From: Hydrolagus affinis
Taxonomy: Eukaryota
Direction: 5' to 3'
NCBI GenBank assembly: GCA_012026655.1
Contig: JAAILG010001218.1
Location: forward strand, 1-64,000
DNA: 64,000 nucleotides
This document shows, in pieces, positions 24,199-36,363 of the stretch. The notes beneath the pieces are model-generated. The model was given only the letters and a program-made list of their open reading frames with translations. It was not told the origin of the DNA and ran no database searches. Position 1 is the first letter of the stretch. Each line of letters begins with the position of its first letter. The translations under genes and the position numbers were made by a program.

Positions 24199-25957
24199 AG
24201 TTAAAATGCATTTACCATCAGCTCTCATCACTGATCCAACCTTCTGACACTCGCTCCAAGGACCTTTTCCTGTTGGCTGACAGCCTTATTTTATTTGGGA
24301 TGTTTTTTTCTCTCCAAGGTTCTCAGCTATCACCTTCTTCATTGGGAGCTGCCTGGTACGGGATATTGCAGTTCTTCCCTCTGAATGAATCCATTGACTT
24401 TGCTGCTGGGGAAACTGATTTTCATTGGAACAGACTGTCCACCAAAGTGGTGACCCGACTAAGCCAATGAGGTCACCCCAGAGGGGGCTTTTGCAGTGAG
24501 CCTAAGACGGGGAGCCAAGCTTCGAGCCAAAATCCAATGCCTCTCTTTCACTCTCTTTAGATTTTGATGATAGAGCCAGGGAGACGAAACCACATTACCA
24601 CTGAGGTCTAGCCACAAAGTCAGGGCATTCTGCTGTTCAGAGGAGCCTGCCTGTTGCAGCTGCTGATTATAGAGACCAAGGAACCAGTTTAATGTCTTCA
24701 AAACCAGTTCCTGAGTAGGGTGTGTTGTAAGATGATTCTCAGGTGGACAACTCCAGACCTTGGCATCCCTTTGAGTCAGTGTGAGTGGGTGAGCATTCTC
24801 TGTCTCCCTCATCAGGGAGGGCTGATTGGTGCTGGGCTTTTCACCATGTGACTTTTCAACTACCAACAACAACAACAAAATTACACTTGTACAGCGCCTT
24901 TCACGTCAGGAAGTTGTCACTCAATGTAAGTTCAAAAAAGTGATAGAAAAGCTGCAGGTTTAGGAGCTGTCCATTTTGGGCACTCATTCTTGGATACTGT
25001 ATTGCAGTTTTTTGTATAGAAAAATTATGTTAATAATAATGCTTGCATTTGATATAGCGCTTTTCATGTCTTCGAGACATCTCAAAGCGCTTCACAGAAT
25101 ATACTGTAAACAACAACAACAACAAAATTACAGCTACCTGGCACATTAGGAGTTGACTGTACATTTGTGGGCGAATCATTGAACATATAACATCAGAAAC
25201 CTTCCATTCATTATTGTTGTTAATTTGGATACAAAATCCACAATTGTTCATTGGATCTGTTAAGCACAATCTGCTACTTCTAAACCACTGTCCTTTGTCG
25301 GTACCAAACAATTTTATGAAAAGATGAGTATTGAGTCATCTAACGATTGAAACTCTTGGCAACTCTAATCCCCTCTCATGTCCCCCTTCAAAGTTGATAA
25401 AGGGCTAGTTAAAATATTCTGTGGTTTCCGTGAGAAAAGGAAATGAAGCCATTGGACTGGATGGTAACTGATATAAACCCAATGATCATAAAGAGGAACA
25501 GACATGAATGGGAGAATTCTAAGCAATTAGTCTGACAAGGTGGAGCCAGCCAAGTTCACAAGATCCGATCTGTCTTCGTATGAAGACCGGAGCGATCAGA
25601 AGTGTTTTAAACCCAGGTGCGCACATCCCGCTGGCTTTGACGAGACAACTAAACTAGCAGCTGAGGATGGAACGGAATTGGATTTGCAAAAGACATCTGA
25701 TGGCGTGCCACGTGCGAGCTTTCAAAGAAAATTAGGGATTTTCTCAGAATTAATAAGAAAATTAACTCACTGGATTAAAAAAAAGTCGATTTAGCAAAAT
25801 AAATGGATTAGTCTGTCTGGGGAGCAGCAACGTATTGGGTTTAAAGGGGATTGGTCTGGGAAGTGTTTTTAAATGCCCTGATGAAGTCAGGCTAGGTAGT
25901 GCAGTTTGTGGATATTTTTAGCATCTAAAGTGAAGTGGATCAATTTTTCAGCCACAA

Positions 25958-26001
25958 AATATACAGTCAATATACAGTCAATATACAGTCAATATACAGT
26001 C
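25958..26001 (+). repeat. 4x 11-bp tandem repeat AATATACAGTC inside a SINE fragment
   Basis: Four perfect units; the unit is single-copy in other SINE copies. Confidence 0.9.
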
Positions 26002-27002
26002 AATTCATTTTTCTGTGAATCGCTTTGAGATGCCTCACAGACGTTACAGTAATAAAAGCTCCAGAACAACTTCCATTAGTCAGTTCTGCTGCCATCCATC
26101 TCTGTATTGTCTCCAATGTAAGGTAGTCTCTTGTGATTCAGTTTCCAGGTGGGACAAAACTGGCTACCTGCTCTTGCTAACTCTCTCATCCTGCGATGCA
26201 ACCGATGTACGGCTCAACATCTTTGTTTTGTCTTTACCGCTGCCCACAACGCACCAAGGTTTCAGTGCGTTATTCACCACTCACCAGGACCCTCACCCCC
26301 GATCCCTCTTCTGCTCTGTGCTCTCGGAGCCCACCTGAAGGGCGCTGAGTAAATACAAGTTGCTTTTGTTTTTGTGCCCTTAGCTTTGATTACCATTTTC
26401 GCCTACAAAATGAACACTTTACGGTATATTCTGCGAAACACTTTGAGACGTCCCAAAGACCCGATGAGACCCTATATCAGACGCAAGGATTATGACTAAT
26501 ATTATTATTATTACCATTCAGTAATAATTCTCACTACCTACTCCCTTTGCCCGGTCACCCCACATCTGATACTTTTCAGCCCAGGTTCCATATTCCTAAC
26601 TTAACCAAATGTTGTGGAATGAACACAGTTATTTTTCCTGGATGCGAATGTATCCATCAAATATGAGCTTTATCTTCTGGTAGTGTATATAATCTACAGA
26701 CAATTCACTTTACAGTACATATGTATATATTCTGTGAAGCGCTTTGAGACATCAATAAGATGTGAAAAGCGCTATATCAAATGCAAGGATTATTATTATT
26801 ATTACTGTAACTCTCACCAAGCATCAGCAGGGGGCAACACCGAGCAGCACAAACAAGCTCAGAGAAGATGTCCACAAAACCAGAAAGGATGACATTTGAA
26901 GAAATAAAAAATCAGTCTATTCTGTCTCGGATGCTGGGAATTCTGAAACAAATATAGAGACTCTGGCAAGCCACAATGGGGCATTTAGTAGCCCTAATAC
27001 CA

Positions 27003-27083
27003 GGACAGCACTTTGGGACATCTTCCAGATGTGAAAGGTGCTCTATAATTGTAATTTTGTTGTTGTTGTTGTTGTTGTTGTTG
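27003..27083 (+). mobile_element. L2 tail with (TTG)n, apparently interrupting a decayed minus-strand Penelope-type repeat (about 26925-27120)
   Basis: The tail sequence is clear. The flanks resemble the reverse complement of the 55417-55515 repeat family only weakly. Confidence 0.65.
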
Positions 27084-28476
27084 ACAGGCTAATGTTGCAG
27101 ATATAGCAATTCATTGGAATCAAGACAATGGAATTCATGGATATTATTGGATAATAATAATAATCCTTTCATATTTTGAAATAGCACATTTCACGTCTCC
27201 TAGACGTCTCAAAGGGTTTCACAGAATGTTCTGCAAAGTGAATTGACTGCATATTTTGTGGGAGAAACACGGCAGCCGATTGCGCACAGCAGTGTCCCAC
27301 AAACAGTCATGGATTGAATGGCTAATTTTGGGGGGAGGAATTATTATCAAGTAAGGAATTGTGCCCAAGATTTTAATAAATGGATCTATTCATTTAGCTT
27401 TGTGGCAGAATAGTGATCCCCTTGCCAACTATTTGCCAAATCAGTATATATTGTGGGACACTGTTGTGCAGAAAATCGGTTGCCACATGCACCAAAAAAA
27501 TGCAGAGAATCACAGCACTTTGCAGTAAATCCTGGGAGGCGCTTTGAGATGTCTCAACGATACAATGAGACGCTATATCAAATGCAAGGATTGTTGTTAT
27601 TAGAAATATAAATTTTTAAGAATTAATCAAAATTGAAAATGAACACTTCCAGGGTTCTGTTACGGTATTTCCCATGCAGGTATGTTCAGGTGCCTCATAT
27701 AAGCCCAGTCCAAATGTGTTTTATTTAGGCTGCCAAAACACAGCTGTATTATCTGTAGATTTAAAGCCGGCTGAGGCAATAAGCAAGATGCGAGAATAAC
27801 AGTTGTTTGGGGCAAGAAAAGTGTTTTATCCCATGCTTAGCTGCTTCCCATAACAAAACCCCACTAATTCCACATGTGTTTATTTGTTTGGACCAATGCC
27901 ACCGTACAACAAGAACGAAAGTAGCTCAGACAAATCCACTGCGATACACTGACAATCCGTTAAACCCTTGCACAAGCAACAAACTCCCTCACTGTCCTGT
28001 GAGCACCTTGATCATATTATTATTAAGCGAGGAAACAAGGAACTGGGGAAATTTCATCCACAAATACACAGTCAAGTCACTTTACCGTACATGCGGTGAA
28101 GTGATTTGAGACGTCTAGAAGACGTGAGAAGCGCGATATCAAATGCAAAGATTATTGTTATTATTCATATAAAACTGAGATATTTTGATCTGCAAACAAC
28201 ACATTTTAATACAACACATGTCATCCTAAAGAGAGAATCGGTGGCAAGTGTAGTGCCTGTGTGTATTTTATAGGCAAAAGTGGCAGCTGGTTTGCATGCA
28301 GCAAGGTCCCACAAAATTAATGGAATGAGCAACCAATTTTATTGGGGTGGAAGGCTGGACGTCAGGGGAAACTCCACCTTTTCAAATGGCATCATGGGCT
28401 TTGAGCAGGCTCACCTGAGCAGGCAGATTGAAGGCAATAGAGATACTTGAATTGCTAATGGTTTGTGGTTCAAAGT

Positions 28477-28705
28477 AAACAACAACAACTAAATTTCACG
28501 TGTATAGCGCCTTTCACGTCCCGATGACCTGGACGGTCAATGTTTCGGACCCGAGCTGGGGTGAGGATCGGGGTTGATGTCAGGACAGCAGTGACGCTGG
28601 AATCGAAGTTGGAGGCAGAACGATAGAGTTAGGTGTCATCTGCATATATATGGAAGTTGATCCCATATCTGTGGATGAGGGGGCACCAAGGGGGAGCATG
28701 TAGAG
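28477..28705 (-). mobile_element. L2 fragment with internal deletion, followed by (TA)n
   Basis: Tail plus RT motif GTCATCTGCATA (minus strand YADD). Confidence 0.75.
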
Positions 28706-28748
28706 ATATATCTATATATATATAATATATATATATATGTTAGGCCTA

Positions 28749-29400
28749 ACAGTGAGACACAAACAGACTGTTTGTCAATATTTCAAATGAATAATGAAAT
28801 AAGCAGACTGTCAGGCATTATTTCCCCAGCAATCCAGCTCTAATTTAAATCAAGTTGCCTGTTACTAGATTCGGTCTGCTTGTCCTCCATTGAACAAAAA
28901 ACACACATATATATATATAAAGAACTACATTGGATTTTCCACTTTAAACAATATTCTTCGGAAAAGTACTTAATGTAGACTTTTCAATCTCGCTCCTTCC
29001 TTTCTCATTTGACAACGTGGGAGAGATTATGCATGCACAGGCTGTGTGCGACAACAACACAATTACACCTATGATGATACGAGGATTCGTTCACTGGGAA
29101 ACAGTTAAAGGAACCGCAGTGGGAAAGTGCGCCGCCGTGCCCCAAAGTAAATTTGATTGCCTTTTGTGATTCCCGTCGCCGTAGCAACCGCATCAATTTG
29201 AGAGGTTAGTGACACAATAGTAATGGCCTAGTTTTTAAAACTTGATGGGCTACATTAACTTCCCAACCCTGGCGTTATTAGACAGTGAGACACAAACAGA
29301 AGCAGACTGTCAGGCGTCATTTCCCCAGCAACCCGGCTCTCATTTAAAATCAAGTTGCCTGTTACTGAGTTCCTGTCTCCCTGTCCTCCATTGAACAGAA
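28749..29400 (+). repeat. Diverged local direct duplication (28749-28900 and 29282-29400)
   Basis: Shared ACAGTGAGACACAAACAGA, AGCAGACTGTCAGGC, ATCAAGTTGCCTGTTACT and TGTCCTCCATTGAACA; 34-nt indel. Confidence 0.9.
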
Positions 29401-29411
29401 AAAGATCTTAC

Positions 29412-29620
29412 CTTCAGGTCGGAGAATTCGGAAAACTCCCTCTCCTTGTTACAATCGTGCAAACGGCAAATTGGAGACGTGCCCGGCCGTTTGCTGGTAA
29501 AGTCCGTGCCATTTAGAATTCTTAATTCGGAAGGTGCAAGATTCTCAGCGCATTTTTCGCGCAGTCTCTTCTGCGGCTTTTAGAGAATTCTGCGCAACTG
29601 GTAAGATGCATATAAATTAT
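29412..29620 (-). other. Candidate internal alternative first exon with a 32-aa uORF (29512-29414)
   Basis: Near-consensus donor AAG|GTAAGA at 29412/29411, local CpG enrichment at 29.1-30.0 kb, and an X-box nearby. Confidence 0.35.
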
Positions 29621-30084
29621 AACGGCAAAAAAAAAAACGCCTTTAGAGGCGACAGTCGAAGAAGTCGTCACAAATCTGCGCCTCTTCGCTGCTCGTCTGT
29701 TCTCATTTAAACACCTGCTGGAAAAATGGAGGGTCAAATTCTACCCTTGTCTTATTTTCCACCTCGGTTTAGAAACGAGGTGTTCGAAAGAACATGAATC
29801 ATTTCAAATGTCACGCGAGCTCGCGAGGCAGACTGCAGGGGAAAAAAAGAAAAAAGCCAAACTAATTCACACTCACCAGCCAGACAGGTTCAAAATGACC
29901 TTTTCAGCTTTCGAGTGATACAACCGACCACATCGGCACTGACATAATCAAAATGCTTTGCCAAAATCAAATGACGGCACTCGAATCCGCAACAGCTCCC
30001 CCCACCCATAATATGGGGTGACCAAAACGTCATGATATCCACCCTATTTCAAAAATATACACATAACCGTTTCTTTAATTATAC

Positions 30085-30843
30085 ATAATAATCCTTGCAT
30101 TTGACGTGGCGCCCAATCGCGTTTTCGAGACGCCTCAAAGCGCTTCACAGAATATACTGTAAGTGGAGTGACTGTGGGTGAAACTCTGCAGCCAATTGCG
30201 ACACAGCAGTGACCCACAAACGATCATGGATTGAGTGACCAAATAATTGTTATTTTTTTAGAGGGATTATTACTATATTTTATTAAGACTCTGTAGAGAC
30301 TGCAAGGCAGCTATGTGAGCTCCAGGCAGGCGAAGGAGCACAGCTCAAGACTGCACAGCACAGAGAGAAGGTAACAATGACCTTCAAACATATGGAGAAT
30401 TGGTTTCCGCTCAGCCTGGCTTCCAGCGTAAACAAATGACTGTGATTTCTCAGGAAGGGAGCTACAGTATTTCCGACCCAGAGCTTTATAATCAAACGAC
30501 CTGATCTGCGAGCTTTCTCTCTCTTGGCATTCATAATCATAATATTGTGGAGTCCTTTAGCTCAGTGGTGAGCGAGACACCTGGGTTTGGTTCCCGGCAG
30601 GTCAGGGTGAAACCTTGGGCACCTTACTCCACACGCCTGATAATATTCCCTCCAAAAAAAATAATTTGGTCATGCAATCCACGACTTTTAGTGGGGACAC
30701 CTCTGTGCGCAATTGGCTGCCACGCTTCGCTCACAAATATACAGACATTCACTCTACAGTAAATTCTGTGCTTTGAGACGTCTAGAAGACATAAAAAGCG
30801 CCGTATTAAATGCAAGTAAGATTATTATTAGTATTATTATAAT
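30085..30843. mobile_element. Inverted SINE pair (minus 30085-30275, plus 30547-30843)
   Basis: Family sequence in both orientations. Confidence 0.85.
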
Positions 30844-32142
30844 GGAGAGGACGGAACTGGGAAGGAGTGAGCAGACATTTGGTTACAAGCGATTTGCAAC
30901 CCGTATTTGCAGGGATGCTTAAGGTTCAAGGCTCTCACAGCAGGTGGCTACCGAGACTCCTGTCCACGCGGGCCACTTGCCTTTATTTAAACGCTGACTT
31001 TTTCTCCCATCAACTTGCGGACTAGGCTTAATACTCAACTGGTTTCGAAACCGACAGCCATCTTAAAACAAAACTTCTTGCATTTGATATAGCGCCACAT
31101 CACGTCGTCGAAATGTCTCAAAGTGCTTCACAGGATTTGCTGTGAAGCGTAGTGACTGTGCATATGTAGCCAATCGAGCGTTCCATCCCCGCTCCACCCC
31201 ACCACCTTATCTCTCCCCCCGCTCCCAGTCAGCCGAGAACCCGAAAGATCCTCCTGACACGCGAGGCACTGAAAATAAATGTCAATTGGTGTCGTAACTG
31301 TAGCGAGGTTTCCACAGAACTCCGCGCCCTGTAGTATTGAGATTTGGCCCACGTCCTGCGTAATTGGGAGACGACACTGTGCTTTACACGGGCTCTGTCT
31401 GTGCACGGAATCACCACCTATCTCACACACTGTCTAACCTCGATTGTCACCATAGAAACCGAACGAACCAATCCCACAGCCCCGCATCCTGGAAACATCA
31501 GGCGACATAACAAGCGATGGATTCAGCTTAATTACTCAAATATTTAGTTGCCATGGCGTTGAAGATGTTGCCAACCTTTTACTTTGCACGTTTCGCCTGG
31601 ATTTTAATGAATTAAAGCGTGGGCTTTTTTAAAAAAAAAATTTAGTTGTTACACAACAGCCTAGAAATAGCTGGCGGTTCGGGGAGGGGGTGGGGCGGGA
31701 GAGGGGGTGGGGGGAGGGAAACGAGGCAGATGGAATAATCCCAGCCGCTTCGTGAACAATACGTGATTAAATGCTTAAATAGCCAGTGAAGGAAACTAGA
31801 TTGTGTTCAATCCCCGGCCGTTCATTCGTGTGGCGGTGTTCCGCGGCATTAGTCGGGTTCGGCTTCAAATTGAAGCTATTAATTTTTCTCTGTCAAAATA
31901 TTCCCAGCGACTTTAATCCACTTACAGGTTACAGGAGTAGTTTCAATTCAGTACCAGGCAGGTCATGGCCTACCCCACCCAAAATATGCAGTGCAATTTT
32001 CTTCACGCTGATTTAAACCAGTACAGTGTTTGGGTTGGTGATGGAGGTTGAGTGGATGTGAGGGGAGTGGGGGGTGGAGGGAGAGAGGGGTGAAGAAATA
32101 GAAGAGGTACAAATTTGAATTAAAATGCTGCAGACTGGGAAT

Positions 32143-32503
32143 TATAATAATAATATAAGAAGAAGAAAACCTTGCGTTTCATAAAGTGGCTTATCACGTC
32201 TTCTACTTGTCTCAAAGGCTTCACACAGTATACTGTAAAGTGAGTTGACTGTATACTTGTGGGCGAGACACGGCAGCCAATTGCGCACAGCAGCGTCCCA
32301 CAAATAGTCGTGGATTGAGTGACCATATTTTTTTTTGAGGGATTATTATCCCTGGAAAAGCTATCCGCCAATCAATTAACAATTGGGATCCTATTTACTG
32401 TTGCATAAACAGAGGCATGCGGAGTAAGGAAATTTGCTCCACGAATCAAATCCAGTTCGCTCACTTGCGAGGCGAGTGCTCTAACCATTGAGCTACAGGA
32501 CTC
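32143..32503 (-). mobile_element. Deu-SINE long form
   Basis: Head, internal segment and tail. Confidence 0.85.
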
Positions 32504-32724
32504 TGAAGGAGAGACATGCCTTGGAGTAGATGGTAGCTGATTAAAGATTCAAGATTAAGGTTAAATTTGGGGAAGGAGTATGAGGAAAAGGAAGGGACAC
32601 GGGATTGAAAGATCTGCTCAGATCAAATAAACTGGCAGTGATGTCTTGATGGTGAATACGTCTCCTCACAGTCCTATGTTGCTAAAATGAGAATCATCTG
32701 TGAAACCTGTGCTCTCTTAAAACA

Positions 32725-32950
32725 TTATAATAATAAATAAACCTTGCATTTGACATAGAGCCTTTATCGCATCTTCAAGATGTCTCAAAGCGTTTCACGG
32801 CATATACTGTAACGTGAAATGACTGTACTTTGTGGGCAAAGCGTGGCAGGAAGCCAATTGCGCACAGCGATGTCCCACAAAGAGTCATGGATTGAAGTGA
32901 CCAAATTCTAATTTTTTTTTTTTTTAATTGAGAAGGGATTATTACTCCTG
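32725..32950 (-). mobile_element. Deu-SINE 3' half
   Basis: Family sequence. Confidence 0.85.
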
Positions 32951-34296
32951 GAACGGCGAAACAGGAGCAATGCCCCCCCAAATCTTCTGTAGATCTCTTC
33001 TGCGTAATACCCTGAGCCATCAAACTAGCTAGCAGGGACCCAGCACTTTGGGAAGGAGGAGAAGGCAAGAGTTTAAGCGTGTTTCTCTCCAGTCTAAATG
33101 TAGCCAAGACGGCAGAGAGGAACCAGCACGGCTCATGATTAAAAAAAAGACTTTCAGCATCAGGAGATGCCAACCCATCAATTTCAAGTCAGCAAATTTG
33201 CTTAATAAGTCTTTTTTTGGGGGAAAAAAAGATGTAAAAAAATCCTGTTTGATCATGATCAGATTTTAATCAACCTGGGAAGCATTCCCTGGAGCCAAAG
33301 CCAGCGTTTAATGAGGATATAGATCGGTATGAGGAGGGATCGAGGGCATTCCCTCCCCTCTAAAGAGATGAAAACTGTTGAATCTTTCAAGTTAGGTGAG
33401 GAGACAGACAAGAGAGTTAAGGTGTCCTGAGATACACCCAGCATCAAAACCAGATGAAGGAGGGCAATTTGTATTTAATACCAAATGAGAATATGGTGTG
33501 AGCCCGAGGCTTCAACCTAAACTCAGGCAAAACGTGTGCTAAATTACGCAACTGAGAAAGAAGCTAAAAGCTTTCTTGGAAATCCTAGTTTACAATTTTT
33601 GGAGCGAAAGTTGGTAGTAATAATAATACTACTACTAATAATAATTTTGCCCACAAACATATAGTCAATTCACTTTACACTATTTTTATATGAAGCGCTT
33701 TGAGACATCCAGAAGACGCAAAAAGTGCTGTATCAAATGCAAGGATTAGTATTATTATTATTAATCCTTACTTCTGATAAATCATGCTGAATGCTGTTGA
33801 AAGGACTTCCCAAAGCTCTTCACAGGATTTACTGCATAGTGTAGAGAGTGTGTTTTGCAGGCGAATAAACCTTTGCAGGCAATAAAGGAGAAATTGCATG
33901 CATTTCACGTATGACAATAAAAAAGCGAACATATTTTTGTTATTAAGGTCACATTTTCAGACCCATCACAATGTCATTCCACAGCATACAATAATGGGAG
34001 CAACTTGGGTGGCTTTCAGAACTATTGCTGGCGATAATTAATGTCGGGGATATTGTTAAACATTGTAAATTTGACACAACAGTTGCACTAAACAGCCAAT
34101 AAATGCTCAGCCTTATTACTGTATCCCTAATAGTGATATGAAGAAATTAGTTGCAGGTTTTCTCTAGGTTATTGAAACAACTTGCAGAAAAACTGTTTCA
34201 AAATTAAAGCGGCATTTAAGGATCACCGGAAACCCAACTTTGTCTAATTTTTGCCGTTTCTGCCAGAAAATAATATCTCAGGATATTATCTGGAAA

Positions 34297-34667
34297 TCTG
34301 GAATTCTCTCCCCCAAAAGGTCGCAGAGGCTGGATCCCTCCACACCTTCAAGAGTGAAGTTGATAAATTTTTGGTAGGTCAGGGTATTAAGGGATGCAGG
34401 GAGAAAGCGGGAAATTGGAATTGACAGAATTAGTCGAGATAGAACATAAAAACAAGGAGCAGGAGTAGGCCATTCAGGCCCTCGAGCCAGCCCCACCATT
34501 CAATAAGATCATGGCTGATCTTCTAATCTAACTCCATCTGCCTGCCTTATCCTCATATCCTCATATCCCTTAATCCCTTTATCCAAAATAAATGTGCCAT
34601 GATCTAATTAAATGGCGGAACAGGCTCGAAGGGCTGAATGGCCTACTTCTGTTCCTACATTCCTATG
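34297..34667 (+). mobile_element. CR1 3' end with an antisense CR1 3' end (34441-34595) nested in it
   Basis: TGGAATTCTCTCCCC (WNSLP) ... GGCTGAATGGCCTACTTCTGTTCCT. The inner piece matches the start of 42640-42780. Confidence 0.85.
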
Positions 34668-35593
34668 GGATACAGTGTATAGTTTGGGACACGACATATC
34701 AAGCGACGTGACTGCCAGGATGGTGGAAGGCGAACTAGATGGTCTTCCTTCGCCATCAAATTCTCATATCCTCAGTTGTTGGATTGTCCTCAATGAAGGA
34801 GTTTATCTAGCAGCGCAAATTTAATTGGTGCAACAATATTATCACATGGGCTGGGAGCATTCAGCAGAACATCCAGCCTCCTGTGAATTCCAATGTCTGA
34901 TGTCCTACATTGCGTGAGCTGTTCTTAGGCTATATCATCCTGGAACCAAGCCAGTAAAATACTTTCGGAAAAAAACGCACGTCACTGGTTCAAAACCTTT
35001 AACTACGTTAAAATGAACAACGCTGCAGTTAACAGGTTGTGAACTCTGGGCAACAAATGTACGTGTTCCTCTCCCGTTCTCAAAAAAGTTTATTCGCAGT
35101 TGATAATTCCTCCTAGTAACAAATGCTTTGCAAATACTGTATACACTGTGGGTTATTGTCCAATTAGGATCTCTACCACAACGATATTGCCACTTTGATG
35201 CTCTCCAGAGTGTGTCTGCTCTGCAGTACATCTCCCAGTGACATTAGATTAACTGATGTCTCTACTATTTTGCATGATCAGCCTAATATCAGACCATAGG
35301 TGGGTGTTTTTGTAACTTCTCTGAGCAGACCACGGAGCACAATTCCATCGTGGGTCACATCTGGATTGAGATGTGATTGAGATACGTTGGAACCCTGGGA
35401 CAGAAGGAGTTGTTTTTGTTGTCGATGAACCCAAAATGAGTTTCAAAAAACATCGGCTCAAAGGCAAAGGTATCGCTCGGCACCATCAGTGGGCCTCTGT
35501 CTGTAGACACAGAGACAACAACAACAACTTGCCTTTATACAGGGTAGCATCGGGAGCGCTCGACAATATTATCAATAGCATCTGGAGTGGAGC

Positions 35594-35916
35594 ATAATAA
35601 TAATAATAATATAATAATAATAATCATTGTATTTGATGTAGCGTTTTTCACATCTTATTGACGTCTCAAAGTGCTTCACTTTATACTGTAAAGTGAATTG
35701 ACTGTATATTTGTGGGCGAGACGCGGCAGCCAATTGCGCACAACAGCGTCCCCACAAACAGCCGTGGATTATTGTTTTTTCTTTGAGAAATTATTATCAG
35801 GCATGTGTGTGGAGTAAGGAAACTTGGCCAAGGTTTTACCCTGACCTGCCTGGATTCGAACACGAGTCTCACGTTTTGTAAGGGAGCGCTCTAACCACTG
35901 AGCTACAGGACTCCAC
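35594..35916 (-). mobile_element. Deu-SINE short form, full length
   Basis: Family sequence; the head end is partly duplicated at 35921-35938. Confidence 0.9.
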
Positions 35917-36094
35917 AATAAGCTACAGGGCTCCACAAGCATGACAACGATCAAACTGGCCTCACTTCCTGCGCGCTGTGCAGCTCTGCACAAAGCTACC
36001 GACCATTCCCACAGTTCCTTCCAGAGTTTGCTGAGACACCACAAGACATCAGAAGACCTCCTAAGCCTGGATGCTACAATACAGTAAACCAGCC

Positions 36095-36363
36095 AGCGCC
36101 TGCCACACTGTCCCTCGTCCCTTCTACTCCATCGTCAGCAACCGTGCTTTCAGCCATTGCGCACTGAAACTCTGGGAATCTCTCCCTCAATCCCCTCTGC
36201 CTTGCCCCTTCCTTCCTCATTTTTTCGGATCGTGCCTTAAGACCTTTCTCCCCAACATCCCTATGGTCACCTACCCACTTTCGGCATCAGACTGCCATTG
36301 TTAAGCACTCGGGGATGCTAACTTGCGTGAAGGGTGTGCTATATAAATGCAAGTTGTTGTTGT
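36095..36363 (+). mobile_element. L2 3' fragment, followed by a minus SINE tail (36385-36518)
   Basis: RAFSHCALKLWESLP motif and (TTG)n tail. Confidence 0.75.

Noticed and set aside
25958-26001. Regular short repeats suggestive of CRISPR
   Set aside because: No spacers; slippage expansion within a SINE in eukaryotic DNA.
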